64,000 nucleotides of DNA, from sequence record OR258281.1, one strand, 5' to 3'. Numbering within the stretch: the stretch's first letter is position 1; each line of letters opens with the position of its first letter. This document shows positions 33,984 to 43,611 of this stretch, piece after piece. Position numbers and translations under genes: made by a program. The notes under the pieces were generated by a model. The model saw only the letters and a program-made list of their open reading frames with translations. It had not been told where the DNA came from and ran no database searches.

Positions 33984-34492
33984 AGTACTATTATGTTATT
34001 ACCTATCCGGGTTGTTCAAAGCGTGAATTTACACGAACGATAGTTCCAGTTATTAAGGAACATTCTGAAGGATTCAACCGTGAAGTAATTACACCTGTAA
34101 ACGTTACGCAATATACAGGTTTTGAATATCCTTATATGCAATACAAGTTCTCTCCCCATGAGGATGAAGTACGTATGACATTATTCAGTACCACTTCAGA
34201 ATTTAATTATAATTTAGTAAAATCTGAACTTATTATGATGCTGATGAATGAAGTACAAATCAGTGAAGTTCATATGCATGAAGACCACGTAGAACGTCTT
34301 GAATTTCTTGAGTACAAAATGAAGTACATCACTGAAAGTGTACTTCAACGTAAATCAAAGACAACTGGTACTGGTTATCACTGGTGCAGAAATGGTCGCG
34401 ATTGTGAAGCCTCATATAAGCGTGACGTTGAACGTCATATGCAAACCCTTAAAAGTGATTATAATAAATTAAAAGGAATTTTAAATGTCTGA
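33980..34492 (+). CDS. hypothetical protein, diverged family A
   Basis: MKYY...ELIMMLMNEVQI. Confidence 0.75.
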   Translation: MKYYYVITYPGCSKREFTRTIVPVIKEHSEGFNREVITPVNVTQYTGFEYPYMQYKFSPHEDEVRMTLFSTTSEFNYNLVKSELIMMLMNEVQISEVHMHEDHVERLEFLEYKMKYITESVLQRKSKTTGTGYHWCRNGRDCEASYKRDVERHMQTLKSDYNKLKGILNV

Positions 34493-35084
34493 TGTATACG
34501 CAGTATTTCTAAAACCCGGTGCGGATTTTTGTACTCATTCAATGAAGTCCAGTATCAGAAAAATCCTTGACCGAGAAAATATCCATTATCGTGATGTGTC
34601 CCGAACATGGTGGCATTTGGTAATTAAAAGTGGCACTCAGTATATCAAATTACTTGAAAATGATAATAAAGTACTGAAGGAAATTTACTTCAGTGGTAAA
34701 AGTGATAATGGAAGAACTGGTGCAATCCTGTATGCACTTACCAATGATGAAAAACAATTACGTATTGTACGTAACGAAATGGTAATGGAACTAGGTATGC
34801 ACATTGAATACCATAAAGTTCAAGTAGCAGATTATACACCAGGTACTGAAATCTACAACAACATGATTAAGTACATTGTCAAGAAGACTAACAACCGCCA
34901 GGACATTGATTATAAAAGACTGCGTATTATTCCTAAACTTAACAGTACTAAAATCTACTCTGATGATGAAATAATGGCAATGGCAGAAGATGCAACGTAT
35001 GCTGGCTGGGATAATGATGGTGTAGAACGTGTGTTTTTAAAATTGAAAGCAGTGAATGAGTTCAATCAATTTTCGGTGAAATGA
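34485..35084 (+). CDS. hypothetical protein, diverged family A
   Basis: YAVFLK...NEMVMELG. Confidence 0.75.
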   Translation: MSDVYAVFLKPGADFCTHSMKSSIRKILDRENIHYRDVSRTWWHLVIKSGTQYIKLLENDNKVLKEIYFSGKSDNGRTGAILYALTNDEKQLRIVRNEMVMELGMHIEYHKVQVADYTPGTEIYNNMIKYIVKKTNNRQDIDYKRLRIIPKLNSTKIYSDDEIMAMAEDATYAGWDNDGVERVFLKLKAVNEFNQFSVK

Positions 35085-35105
35085 TATCAGAAAGTGTTCT
35101 ATACT
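35077..35105 (+). promoter_or_regulatory. phage promoter variant TGAAAT-N17-TATACT
   Basis: same spacing as TGAAAC class. Confidence 0.6.
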
Positions 35106-35134
35106 ATCTGGACTATACAATCAAGAGATTAATT

Positions 35135-35734
35135 ATGCAGATATTTGCAATTTTAGTAAAAGCTGACAGTGATTACAACACATCTTCGATGAAAGCACGA
35201 GTACTTAAGTACTTCAAAGATGAAAAGATTTATTGCTTCAAAACCAACATTGAAGCCATCGACGAAGTTATGACGAGTACCCATTTTAAACAAACTCATC
35301 TTAGCTATAATTCATATATTTCACATGATGCTATTAAAAATATCGTGTTTGATAGTACTGGTGGTTTGTTCTTTATCAAGGTTCCTGATGAGAATGATGC
35401 AAAGAAAATAACAAATGAACTTGTTATGAATTTAAACTGTACCGTCTTATATAAACTATTTGATAATGAATATTTCCAGCCAGTATCTGAGAAATATAAG
35501 AAAACTATTTCTTATGTTCATATGAAAGTAGTTGATAATCAATCATCGTATTATAGTACTATTCATTATTTGTTTAATGGCGTTGCAGACTTTAATTCTC
35601 TTGGAAAACTTAGACATGATGAACTATGCGACAAAATTAAAAAGTTACCTAATTATACTGGTGGTTCAGTCGATTTTATTGCACTTTTTATTAAATTAGT
35701 ATACGAGTTCCAAAATGACATCTCTGATTACTGA
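35135..35734 (+). CDS. hypothetical protein, diverged family A
   Basis: FAILVK...NELVMNLN; start placed after internal promoter. Confidence 0.7.
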   Translation: MQIFAILVKADSDYNTSSMKARVLKYFKDEKIYCFKTNIEAIDEVMTSTHFKQTHLSYNSYISHDAIKNIVFDSTGGLFFIKVPDENDAKKITNELVMNLNCTVLYKLFDNEYFQPVSEKYKKTISYVHMKVVDNQSSYYSTIHYLFNGVADFNSLGKLRHDELCDKIKKLPNYTGGSVDFIALFIKLVYEFQNDISDY

Positions 35735-36023
35735 TGACGGTAAAGTTAACTTTGCTGAAATAGAAATATTTTCGAGAAATAAAGACTCTAAATTTTACAC
35801 TCCCGTCAATACTACACGTGTTCGTGAAGTTGATGAAGTATATTTCCTCAATCTGTTAGTTGCTACTGCACAAGCCTATGCTGCATCTAAAAGTACTAAT
35901 TCTGAGGAAATAATCAAGACTAGATATGAACGATACAAATTTTATGAAAATCAGATTGACCTAACTAAAGGTGATATGTTCACTGCGTTGCTTTATGATT
36001 TTGATTGCTGGATATTTTTATAA
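35715..36023 (+). CDS. hypothetical protein
   Basis: 102 aa ORF. Confidence 0.7.
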   Translation: MTSLITDDGKVNFAEIEIFSRNKDSKFYTPVNTTRVREVDEVYFLNLLVATAQAYAASKSTNSEEIIKTRYERYKFYENQIDLTKGDMFTALLYDFDCWIFL

Positions 36024-36032
36024 GGATATAAC

Positions 36033-36986
36033 ATGAAAAACACTCTATGGACAGAAAAATACCGCCCACAAACCATTTCTGATTATGTATTCAAAAATAA
36101 TGCTATTAAGCAGAAAATGGAAGATTGGATCAGTACTGGTGAAATCCCACATATTGGTTTATTTGGTCCCGCTGGTACTGGTAAAACGTCTGCTATCCAG
36201 GTTCTTATTAATGGCTTAGCAGCAAATGGACATATTGAAGAAACTGAGGTTGAGTACTTCAACATGTCAGATGAAGGTATGGATGCGGTACGTGAACGTA
36301 TTCTACCAACTGCCGGAATGGTATGTATTGGTAAGTACCGCGTATTTGTGCTTGAAGAGATGGAACAGATGAGCCAGAAGTCACAGGGTTCTCTGAAACG
36401 CATTATGGAGGACTTTGCAGGTACTGCCCGCTTCATCCTTACCTCTAATGCAATGCATCGCATTCTGCCGCCTATTCGTTCTCGTGTGCATACTATCATG
36501 ATCGATACACACAACCAGAATGATTTTACTACACACTTACTGAATATCTTAATTAAGGAAGGCGTTGACCTGTCTGATACCAAAAGTATCGAAGTAGTTG
36601 ATCGTATTTCCCGTACTAACTGGCCTGATTTCCGTAAAGCACTAAACACTCTTCAGGGTAATATCAGTAACGGTAAGATCCTTCAGATGGACGATGTAGT
36701 AGACAGTACTGCGGATTACAAAGCACAGATTATTGAAGCTGCTAAATCAGACAGCATTAACAAGATGCGTCAGCTAATTGTTAAAAACATTCCAGAAGAT
36801 CAGACTGATGAATTCTTCTCTTTCTTGTATCGTAACCTAGAACTTTTCAGTACTGATGAAATGATTCAGAACCAGTTAATCATTGCTATTCGTGATGGTA
36901 TGGTGAAGAGTACTATGTGTGCGGATTTAGAGCTGAACCTCAGTGCAGTACTGATTGAACTGAATAATATTATTAAGGGTCAGTAA
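36033..36986 (+). CDS. sliding clamp loader AAA+ subunit (RFC/T4 gp44-like)
   Basis: LWTEKYRP, GPAGTGKTS, VLEEME, QGSLKRIME, PPIRSR. Confidence 0.92.
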   Translation: MKNTLWTEKYRPQTISDYVFKNNAIKQKMEDWISTGEIPHIGLFGPAGTGKTSAIQVLINGLAANGHIEETEVEYFNMSDEGMDAVRERILPTAGMVCIGKYRVFVLEEMEQMSQKSQGSLKRIMEDFAGTARFILTSNAMHRILPPIRSRVHTIMIDTHNQNDFTTHLLNILIKEGVDLSDTKSIEVVDRISRTNWPDFRKALNTLQGNISNGKILQMDDVVDSTADYKAQIIEAAKSDSINKMRQLIVKNIPEDQTDEFFSFLYRNLELFSTDEMIQNQLIIAIRDGMVKSTMCADLELNLSAVLIELNNIIKGQ

Positions 36987-37606
36987 TGACGAAGCGTAAC
37001 TGTATTATTTTTGATTGTGATGATATTCTTCTGGATTACATGGAAGGTCTCAAAAAGTTTGTAGAGAAACATTACGATATATATCCAGCAGGTTATAGCA
37101 CTGATTATGTACTGAATGAATGGCTAGGAGTTGATGAATATACATGTCAGGAAATTATCAATCACTTCAATCATAATTCATACGAATTTGGATTGTTAAA
37201 ACAACTGGAAGATGGATTAAGTACTGAACTTCTTATTTTATACAATCATGCAAAAAAACATGACACTGATCTTGTTGTACTTACTAAAAGTGGCAAGAAG
37301 GGTCATGGTGAAGTACTACGTAAAGTGAACTTAATGAATACATTCGGGGATATATTCTCCGAAATTATCATTATTGAAACAAATGAAACTAAACGTGCGT
37401 CATTACTAAAGCTTAAGTCTAAGTATAATGTATTATGCTTCGTTGATGATTACGTAGGTAATATTGATGATGGAATCAAGTGCGGGATTAACTCAGTACT
37501 GATAGAACGTCATCATAACGTAAAACACAAAGGTAAAGAGCAATACGTATTTTTCAAAGATTGGGAACTACTTATTGATTACCTGTACGAGTTAATTAAA
37601 CAATAA
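36986..37606 (+). CDS. HAD-family phosphatase (5'-nucleotidase/T4 30.2-like)
   Basis: IIFDCDDILLD motif I, VLTK, FVDDYVGN. Confidence 0.75.
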   Translation: MTKRNCIIFDCDDILLDYMEGLKKFVEKHYDIYPAGYSTDYVLNEWLGVDEYTCQEIINHFNHNSYEFGLLKQLEDGLSTELLILYNHAKKHDTDLVVLTKSGKKGHGEVLRKVNLMNTFGDIFSEIIIIETNETKRASLLKLKSKYNVLCFVDDYVGNIDDGIKCGINSVLIERHHNVKHKGKEQYVFFKDWELLIDYLYELIKQ

Positions 37607-37616
37607 GGATTATTGT

Positions 37617-38303
37617 ATGTGCGAAGTACGAATGGATTCGTTAAAATCAGATATTGAACGTGTACTATCAAAAGTACCAGAAATTACTGAAAAGCATAGT
37701 AAGTTAAACAGCTTATCTTCTTATATTGAATCGAAGATGGCTACCATTGTACCATCTAAAAGTGTGGTTTTTATCGGGCAAACTAAAAAAGATATTCTGG
37801 CGAATTCAAAAGAATATCTTAATTTTGCACAGAAAGAACTACTGACCAACTTGAAACCTTTAGATAAATCAAAGCACCTTGCACTTAATGATCAATTTAA
37901 CGAAGTTGAGATTGGTTGGGGTTATTCATATTATATTCCAGGAGATAGTGCATTTTACAAGAAGTTTCTAATGGGTGTTGGTATGATGGATGACTTTGCA
38001 AAAATGGCATATGTAGTTGACCACAATACAAAATACAACTCGATGAGTGCAAGAAAGTTAATTGAAGAAGTATGTATCGGAAGATTTGACTTAAATCTGG
38101 CATTGAAACTGAAAGAACGTATTAAGTTCAGTTCATACTATGTTGATGAAAATTTCAAAATTACCAATGTGTATGCCCTGAACTTGTACAATTCGCATAT
38201 CAACGATTTTGAAAGTTTTTATAGTACTACATTTAAACATCATTCAATAGAAGACATTAAAAAAAGTATTGAAACATACATCGATTCTCAATTAAGTAAA
38301 TAA
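37617..38303 (+). CDS. hypothetical protein
   Basis: 228 aa ORF. Confidence 0.7.
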   Translation: MCEVRMDSLKSDIERVLSKVPEITEKHSKLNSLSSYIESKMATIVPSKSVVFIGQTKKDILANSKEYLNFAQKELLTNLKPLDKSKHLALNDQFNEVEIGWGYSYYIPGDSAFYKKFLMGVGMMDDFAKMAYVVDHNTKYNSMSARKLIEEVCIGRFDLNLALKLKERIKFSSYYVDENFKITNVYALNLYNSHINDFESFYSTTFKHHSIEDIKKSIETYIDSQLSK

Positions 38304-38339
38304 GTTATAAATGTTAATTACTTTTTGAGGATTAATAAC

Positions 38340-38906
38340 ATGCAAAGTGATAATAGTTCTGGAACCATCCAACGTCTGTATGATCAAGACGGTCTTCTAG
38401 ATATACTACTAGGAGTAGAACAGTACTTTGATGGTATGGATTTGTATGCGTACAAAAACTGGATTGATGGGGAAATTGTTGAAGGCCCAATCGTTTCCAA
38501 ATATTGGGTTGAAGTGACAATTAAGTACAATCATGAAACTTTCCCCGATCCACGTGCACTACTTATTTTTGAACGTCAAGGTACTAAAGTATTAGTAAAA
38601 CAGGAGTACGAAGTACATCCTATTGAACATCCACGCAGTTCAGATGATATGCAGAGTGTTCTTGGTAGTTATACATCAGTACAGAAACCGAAGGAAGTTC
38701 GTGAACCTATTCTGTTGGTTAAGTTCCAGATCCCACGCAGATTAGTGAATCCTGAAAGTTTCGATGAGTACAAACTAATGAATGCTGATTTTAATAATAA
38801 TGCATTACTGAATGATGATGCTGAACAAGATGCACCACCAGCACCTGAACAACAGGATAATGGTGATGATATTCAGTTTGATGAAATGGGAGGAATGGGT
38901 GAGTAA
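38340..38906 (+). CDS. hypothetical protein
   Basis: SD gagga before ATG 38340. Confidence 0.75.
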   Translation: MQSDNSSGTIQRLYDQDGLLDILLGVEQYFDGMDLYAYKNWIDGEIVEGPIVSKYWVEVTIKYNHETFPDPRALLIFERQGTKVLVKQEYEVHPIEHPRSSDDMQSVLGSYTSVQKPKEVREPILLVKFQIPRRLVNPESFDEYKLMNADFNNNALLNDDAEQDAPPAPEQQDNGDDIQFDEMGGMGE

Positions 38907-39582
38907 TATTCTAAATGAGAAATCACTTAAACCTGAAGTACTAAAGGATCTTATTAATCCAATTGTCAGTATTGATGAGTACACACCAAAGCTTGATTCA
39001 AGCAACATTGTTATCATGTTTCAGGTACTTGACAATTTTGATGCGGCATACGATCTTAGTTCCTTCATTGAAAAGTCTCCCGAGGATGTAGTTGATACTG
39101 AAGCAGTTGAAACACCTAACGTAGATGGACAATATCAGGTTTTTGTGGAGATGGAGCGTAATGCCGAATTTCCTGAGAAATTTGTACGTTTAGTACATGA
39201 TATTGCTAATATTTCTCCGGGTATAGATTGGAAGTTACAACTATATAAAGTTAACGATCCGATTGATCTTGATGTTAAGAAACTTAATAAGAATCTGAGA
39301 CTAAGTACTGAAGATACTTTGCGTGAATTTTTTGATTACGCACCAGTTCAGGTACAGATGTTAGAAGAAGGTTTCAAACTTAAGAGTGTATACGGTTCTG
39401 AACTTACGTACTCTAAAAACTCCGGTGCAGTATCAGAAGAAACAATGAAGTTCATGCTGAATTGTGATACTAAACTGGACGAATCAAAACTAAGTTCAGT
39501 ACTTGGTTCTGAATATGATGTAGTAAGAAGTGGTTCTGAACTCATTGTAGGCCGTGCCGGAAAATACATTATATTGAGGTAA
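38899..39582 (+). CDS. hypothetical protein, possibly virion
   Basis: GTG start after ggagga; N-terminal SNILNEK. Confidence 0.7.
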   Translation: MSNILNEKSLKPEVLKDLINPIVSIDEYTPKLDSSNIVIMFQVLDNFDAAYDLSSFIEKSPEDVVDTEAVETPNVDGQYQVFVEMERNAEFPEKFVRLVHDIANISPGIDWKLQLYKVNDPIDLDVKKLNKNLRLSTEDTLREFFDYAPVQVQMLEEGFKLKSVYGSELTYSKNSGAVSEETMKFMLNCDTKLDESKLSSVLGSEYDVVRSGSELIVGRAGKYIILR

Positions 39583-39583
39583 C

Positions 39584-40378
39584 ATGAGAGTACTTAATCT
39601 TATTAAGGAACTCCATGAGAATACGCGTTCAGAGCTACAATCACATTCTAATATTGGCTTAACGAAGCGTATGTACTGTAGAGCATATGAGATTAACCGT
39701 ATAGGGAAATCATATGATAACAGTGCACGACAAGATATAAGTACTGAATTTATTTTAACATCATACTTAGCACGTACTGTGTTCATTAATGAAAAGTACT
39801 TACGCTCAAGATATTTTTATGATGAAGAGTATCAAAATGAATTAAAGTTCACTAAAGGGTTATGGAAGATTTTCAGTACTGAAGTATTCAATGAAATCCT
39901 TCCTGAACTTCCAGTACCCAAAACCTATAATGAACTTGAAAGTATTTTCATGAGTAGAAGCAGAAACATGAAATTCAACCTGTACAATACAGTAAAAAGT
40001 GCAGTCATTCATAGTACTATTACAGATTCTAAACACTGTAGTACCATGAAAGATTTCGACCTTTTCTGTTGTCTTCCTGGCATACCGGGATGGACTTCAG
40101 TACAGCACGGAGCATCACTTTCAGATGGTCGCAGAGAAGCCCCGCAGAGGCTTCTACAATGCAGCATGGGTATGTTTAGATACGACCACCTTAATGCTAA
40201 TGAACCTTACAAAAACTTTTGGAAGGAGCAGGCTAATTTAGCATTGACAAAGGCGATCACTATATGGGAAGATTCATACATAACGAAGTTTAGGAACGCG
40301 TCGATGTATGATTTGACCCCATTACCAGAAAGATTTACTCCAGTTGGGGAATTCAAATGGAACATCAAAAGGACTTAA
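39584..40378 (+). CDS. hypothetical protein
   Basis: 264 aa with SD gagg. Confidence 0.7.
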   Translation: MRVLNLIKELHENTRSELQSHSNIGLTKRMYCRAYEINRIGKSYDNSARQDISTEFILTSYLARTVFINEKYLRSRYFYDEEYQNELKFTKGLWKIFSTEVFNEILPELPVPKTYNELESIFMSRSRNMKFNLYNTVKSAVIHSTITDSKHCSTMKDFDLFCCLPGIPGWTSVQHGASLSDGRREAPQRLLQCSMGMFRYDHLNANEPYKNFWKEQANLALTKAITIWEDSYITKFRNASMYDLTPLPERFTPVGEFKWNIKRT

Positions 40379-40402
40379 CTTTTAGTTGAGTCCTTTCTTT
40401 TT
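40368..40402 (+). terminator. rho-independent terminator
   Basis: aaaggactt...gagtccttt + T-rich tail. Confidence 0.65.
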
Positions 40403-40421
40403 GAATTAAGGAAACCCACCT

Positions 40422-41228
40422 ATGTTTAGCTTTGCTTTTGGAAACAACTCAGTTTGTAACATAGAACCTAAAGTTAAATGGTCAAACATACGTCAGTCTG
40501 CGTTACGCCGTAACAAACATATGCGTTTATCAGTAAACCATGTCACTAAGTTACTGGATAAGGATGTTAATAAAGGAGTATGTGATTACACTGGAGTTGA
40601 GTTTAGTACTGATACTAATTCTCCTTTATATCCTACTTTTGACCGGATTAATTCTGCACTTGGATATGTACCGGGTAACATTGTAATCTGTACTACACAA
40701 GCAAACTTACTAAAAGAAAAAGTATTTGAAAATGGAATTTCTTGGACAAGATCTAAAGAAAATGATTTTATTGTTAATAGTATCTTCAAAACTTTAAGTA
40801 CTAATATTGTAGTTAAAGCTAAGAAGTACCTAGTTAAAGGTGAAAGAGTAAATCTTACTCTGAATCTTAACACTCTTTTAGAGAACCACAAAAAAGCAGT
40901 ACTTTCTTTAGACTACTGTGATTCTGAAGTACTACTAAGTGTTCAGAATCCTTATGCTAAAGCTGGTTTAATTAAAATTAACCGCAGTAGTACTAAGTCT
41001 GACAAGTGTACCATAAAGGACTATAACGAATTTTGTCGTTTGAACTTTAAAGTACAACTAACGTATCTGGAATTCCATACTCTGATGAACACTGAATTGT
41101 GTCAGCACAGTGGAAAATATATCGAAAATCCTTTGCTAATTGTGCTTGACAAAACTAAGCCAGTGCGTAAAAATAGCGTTATAGTGATTGACCGGAAATA
41201 TCAGGAAGCGTATCGTGAGCAAATGTAA
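40422..41228 (+). CDS. HNH-like endonuclease-family protein
   Basis: CDYTG...PTFDRINSALGYVPGNIVICTTQANLLK (DR..GY..GN..C..N). Confidence 0.6.
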   Translation: MFSFAFGNNSVCNIEPKVKWSNIRQSALRRNKHMRLSVNHVTKLLDKDVNKGVCDYTGVEFSTDTNSPLYPTFDRINSALGYVPGNIVICTTQANLLKEKVFENGISWTRSKENDFIVNSIFKTLSTNIVVKAKKYLVKGERVNLTLNLNTLLENHKKAVLSLDYCDSEVLLSVQNPYAKAGLIKINRSSTKSDKCTIKDYNEFCRLNFKVQLTYLEFHTLMNTELCQHSGKYIENPLLIVLDKTKPVRKNSVIVIDRKYQEAYREQM

Positions 41229-42216
41229 TGAAATCAAAATTCCTACGGGAAGAGAAGGATATGTGTTTAGGAGTGATATGCATTTTGGTCATTCAAAAAT
41301 GGGAAAAACCATGAAGAAAGTTGACATTAAACTGAAAGAAGTACATCCGAATGATATGACGGGAATTCCTTTACCTGTTACAAGTATTAATGATGTTGAA
41401 TTGCCAAAATTTAATGATTTTTCATTGGACTTTAGCCTTTATATTCATCACTTGGACCTTACATTGTCCGATTCATTAAAAAAGAAAATCAACTTCAAAC
41501 AATTACGTTTTAGTACTTCTTTAAGTGATTTATATCGGCAGCTATTTATTAATGTTCCAGAAGTACATTTTTATCTGAATTTTAATAATTACAGTTATCA
41601 TAATTTTAGTAACTGTTTGAATATTATAGAAAATTTGTTGAAACATGAATTTACCCAACGTGGTTCTTGTAAAATGAAAAACTTACTGAACCCAGCATAC
41701 GATTATCAAATTAACCCAGCAATACATGGAAAAAACGAAATGTCTTATACTCTGAAATTCTTTTATACTGAAGGCCATACTTTTACTGCTTCTAACGTTG
41801 ATAACCACACAGTAGGTCAAGGTTGTATCAATTACTACACCAGCAAGCAAACTGATACCGTTCACAGTTCAGCACAACATCGTGTATTTGTTGATGATGT
41901 ACTGTATGTAGAAGTACACAAACCTAACGGTTTCTTTGAAGTAATTCCAGGTCTGATCAAATCATTCAGTGCAGTACCAAATGCACAGGAAATGAATAAA
42001 GTTAACAACGTGGTTGCTAACGAAAATCAGCATAAAGAAGCTGCTGCAAAACGACATGACAAAAATGTTAAGGCAATTGCCGCTAAGCGTAAGGCACAAC
42101 GTGCTCGTGAACTTGGTGTTACTATTGCAGATCTGGAAAAAATTGGTACTATGCAAAAAGCAGAACGTACCCGTATTAAAGAAGAAAAGAAAGCTAAGAA
42201 AAATACTTCTGCATAA
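41188..42216 (+). CDS. hypothetical protein (possibly two fused ORFs; internal ATG 41674)
   Basis: Single open frame; compositional switch near 41674. Confidence 0.6.
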   Translation: MTGNIRKRIVSKCNEIKIPTGREGYVFRSDMHFGHSKMGKTMKKVDIKLKEVHPNDMTGIPLPVTSINDVELPKFNDFSLDFSLYIHHLDLTLSDSLKKKINFKQLRFSTSLSDLYRQLFINVPEVHFYLNFNNYSYHNFSNCLNIIENLLKHEFTQRGSCKMKNLLNPAYDYQINPAIHGKNEMSYTLKFFYTEGHTFTASNVDNHTVGQGCINYYTSKQTDTVHSSAQHRVFVDDVLYVEVHKPNGFFEVIPGLIKSFSAVPNAQEMNKVNNVVANENQHKEAAAKRHDKNVKAIAAKRKAQRARELGVTIADLEKIGTMQKAERTRIKEEKKAKKNTSA

Positions 42217-42235
42217 TAATAAGATATTTTAACAA

Positions 42236-42266
42236 TAGGGAGCTAATGAAAGTTAGCTCCCTATAT
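42236..42266 (+). terminator. terminator-like hairpin
   Basis: atagggagctaa-tgaaag-ttagctccctat. Confidence 0.7.
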
Positions 42267-42281
42267 TGTTTAGGAAGTACA

Positions 42282-42509
42282 ATGAGTAAGTTTAGCAATG
42301 TCTTTTATAGTATTGCATGTATAGTACTTTGCGGTACTCTTTTATTTTTAGTTCTACACGATACACCCACCGATAGCAGCATACAATCATTTGACGATAT
42401 TATCACTAATCCAAAGGACCGTGAGGTACTTAGGAAGTTAGGTATTCGTCAATTTGTCTGTACTAAAGACCACAAAACTGACGTAATTATATGTAAAAAT
42501 GAGAGGTAA
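42282..42509 (+). CDS. small membrane-anchored protein
   Basis: SD agga; N-terminal hydrophobic helix. Confidence 0.65.
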   Translation: MSKFSNVFYSIACIVLCGTLLFLVLHDTPTDSSIQSFDDIITNPKDREVLRKLGIRQFVCTKDHKTDVIICKNER

Positions 42510-42515
42510 TAATAT

Positions 42516-42725
42516 ATGAACACTGGTAACTATATCATTCTTGGTAGTAATCATGACGGCACAAACGTTACTGTACGTGCTAAGCCATACGAACACACCT
42601 CACTGTGTTCAGCACAGAAAGAAGCAGAGCGTCTTGCCGTGCAATTTCCTGAGCGGTCTTTCATCGTTGTTGAAGTGAAGGGAACCGTAAAACAGGTTGT
42701 TGTAAATCCGATTCAATGGAAATAA
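42516..42725 (+). CDS. hypothetical protein
   Basis: 69 aa with SD gagg; AQKEAERLA. Confidence 0.7.
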   Translation: MNTGNYIILGSNHDGTNVTVRAKPYEHTSLCSAQKEAERLAVQFPERSFIVVEVKGTVKQVVVNPIQWK

Positions 42726-42753
42726 TTATTTTAAAGAAAAATGATATTTCTGC

Positions 42754-42782
42754 TTGACGGTCCTAATGGTATTTGGCATAAT
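42754..42782 (+). promoter_or_regulatory. sigma70 promoter TTGACG-N17-CATAAT
   Basis: near-consensus, upstream of Ter cluster. Confidence 0.7.
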
Positions 42783-42813
42783 GACCTCACTGAAAACGAA
42801 CAGGAAAAAAGAA

Positions 42814-43530
42814 ATGGCTCTCTCACTTGATAAAGAAGTAGAAAAAGTTAAATTAACTCTGGACAAAGTAACTACTGGTGATGTTCCTCCAGTGCAGGTT
42901 GAACTGCTGGCAGACGTCTCTGGTTCAATGGGTTCTGCGTATACTCAGCGTGGCTGGATGTACCCAATCCTTCAGCGTACTATCGCACTGGCAAGCGTTA
43001 TTGACCCGGACAAAGTAGTACAACTGACGATCTTCGATACTTCTGCAACTTCGTTGGGCGACTTCGGTGTTGATAAGTTCGAAAGCATTTATAAAGCATT
43101 CGACGGTAAAGTAGGCGGCGGTACTGACTACGAAAGTGCATTTAACCAGGTATTGTCAAACCGTAATTCACCGGTACAGAAAGCAAAAGGTTTCTTTGGC
43201 TCTCTGTTCGGTAAAAAAGACAATTCAGCAGCAAAAAGTACTTCCAAAGAGCCGTCACTTATTGTATTCTTTACTGACGGCGAAGATGGTGGCAGTACTT
43301 CAAGTTTCCTGAAAGCAGTAGATAAAGTTCTGGATGGTAATACTTATCTTCTGTGTATTGGTGCTGGCGGTTCTGAGTACTCTTATCGTACACTGAAACA
43401 ACTTGCCGATCAGCGTAGTGATGTTGGTTATGTGTACTTCGACAAACCACACAATCTTACCGATGACCAGTTCTATAATACAGTACTGAGCGGTGAATTT
43501 GGTGAATGGCTGAAGCAGTTCTCTGCTTAA
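42814..43530 (+). CDS. vWA-domain protein of Ter stress clusters
   Basis: MIDAS DVSGSM, GGTDY, FFTDGED. Confidence 0.85.
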   Translation: MALSLDKEVEKVKLTLDKVTTGDVPPVQVELLADVSGSMGSAYTQRGWMYPILQRTIALASVIDPDKVVQLTIFDTSATSLGDFGVDKFESIYKAFDGKVGGGTDYESAFNQVLSNRNSPVQKAKGFFGSLFGKKDNSAAKSTSKEPSLIVFFTDGEDGGSTSSFLKAVDKVLDGNTYLLCIGAGGSEYSYRTLKQLADQRSDVGYVYFDKPHNLTDDQFYNTVLSGEFGEWLKQFSA

Positions 43531-43611
43531 GTTAAAAACAATTAGTACTTAAATGATGCACCAATATATTGTTGGTGCATATAAATCAAAACCTTTTAGG
43601 GTAATAAAGTA

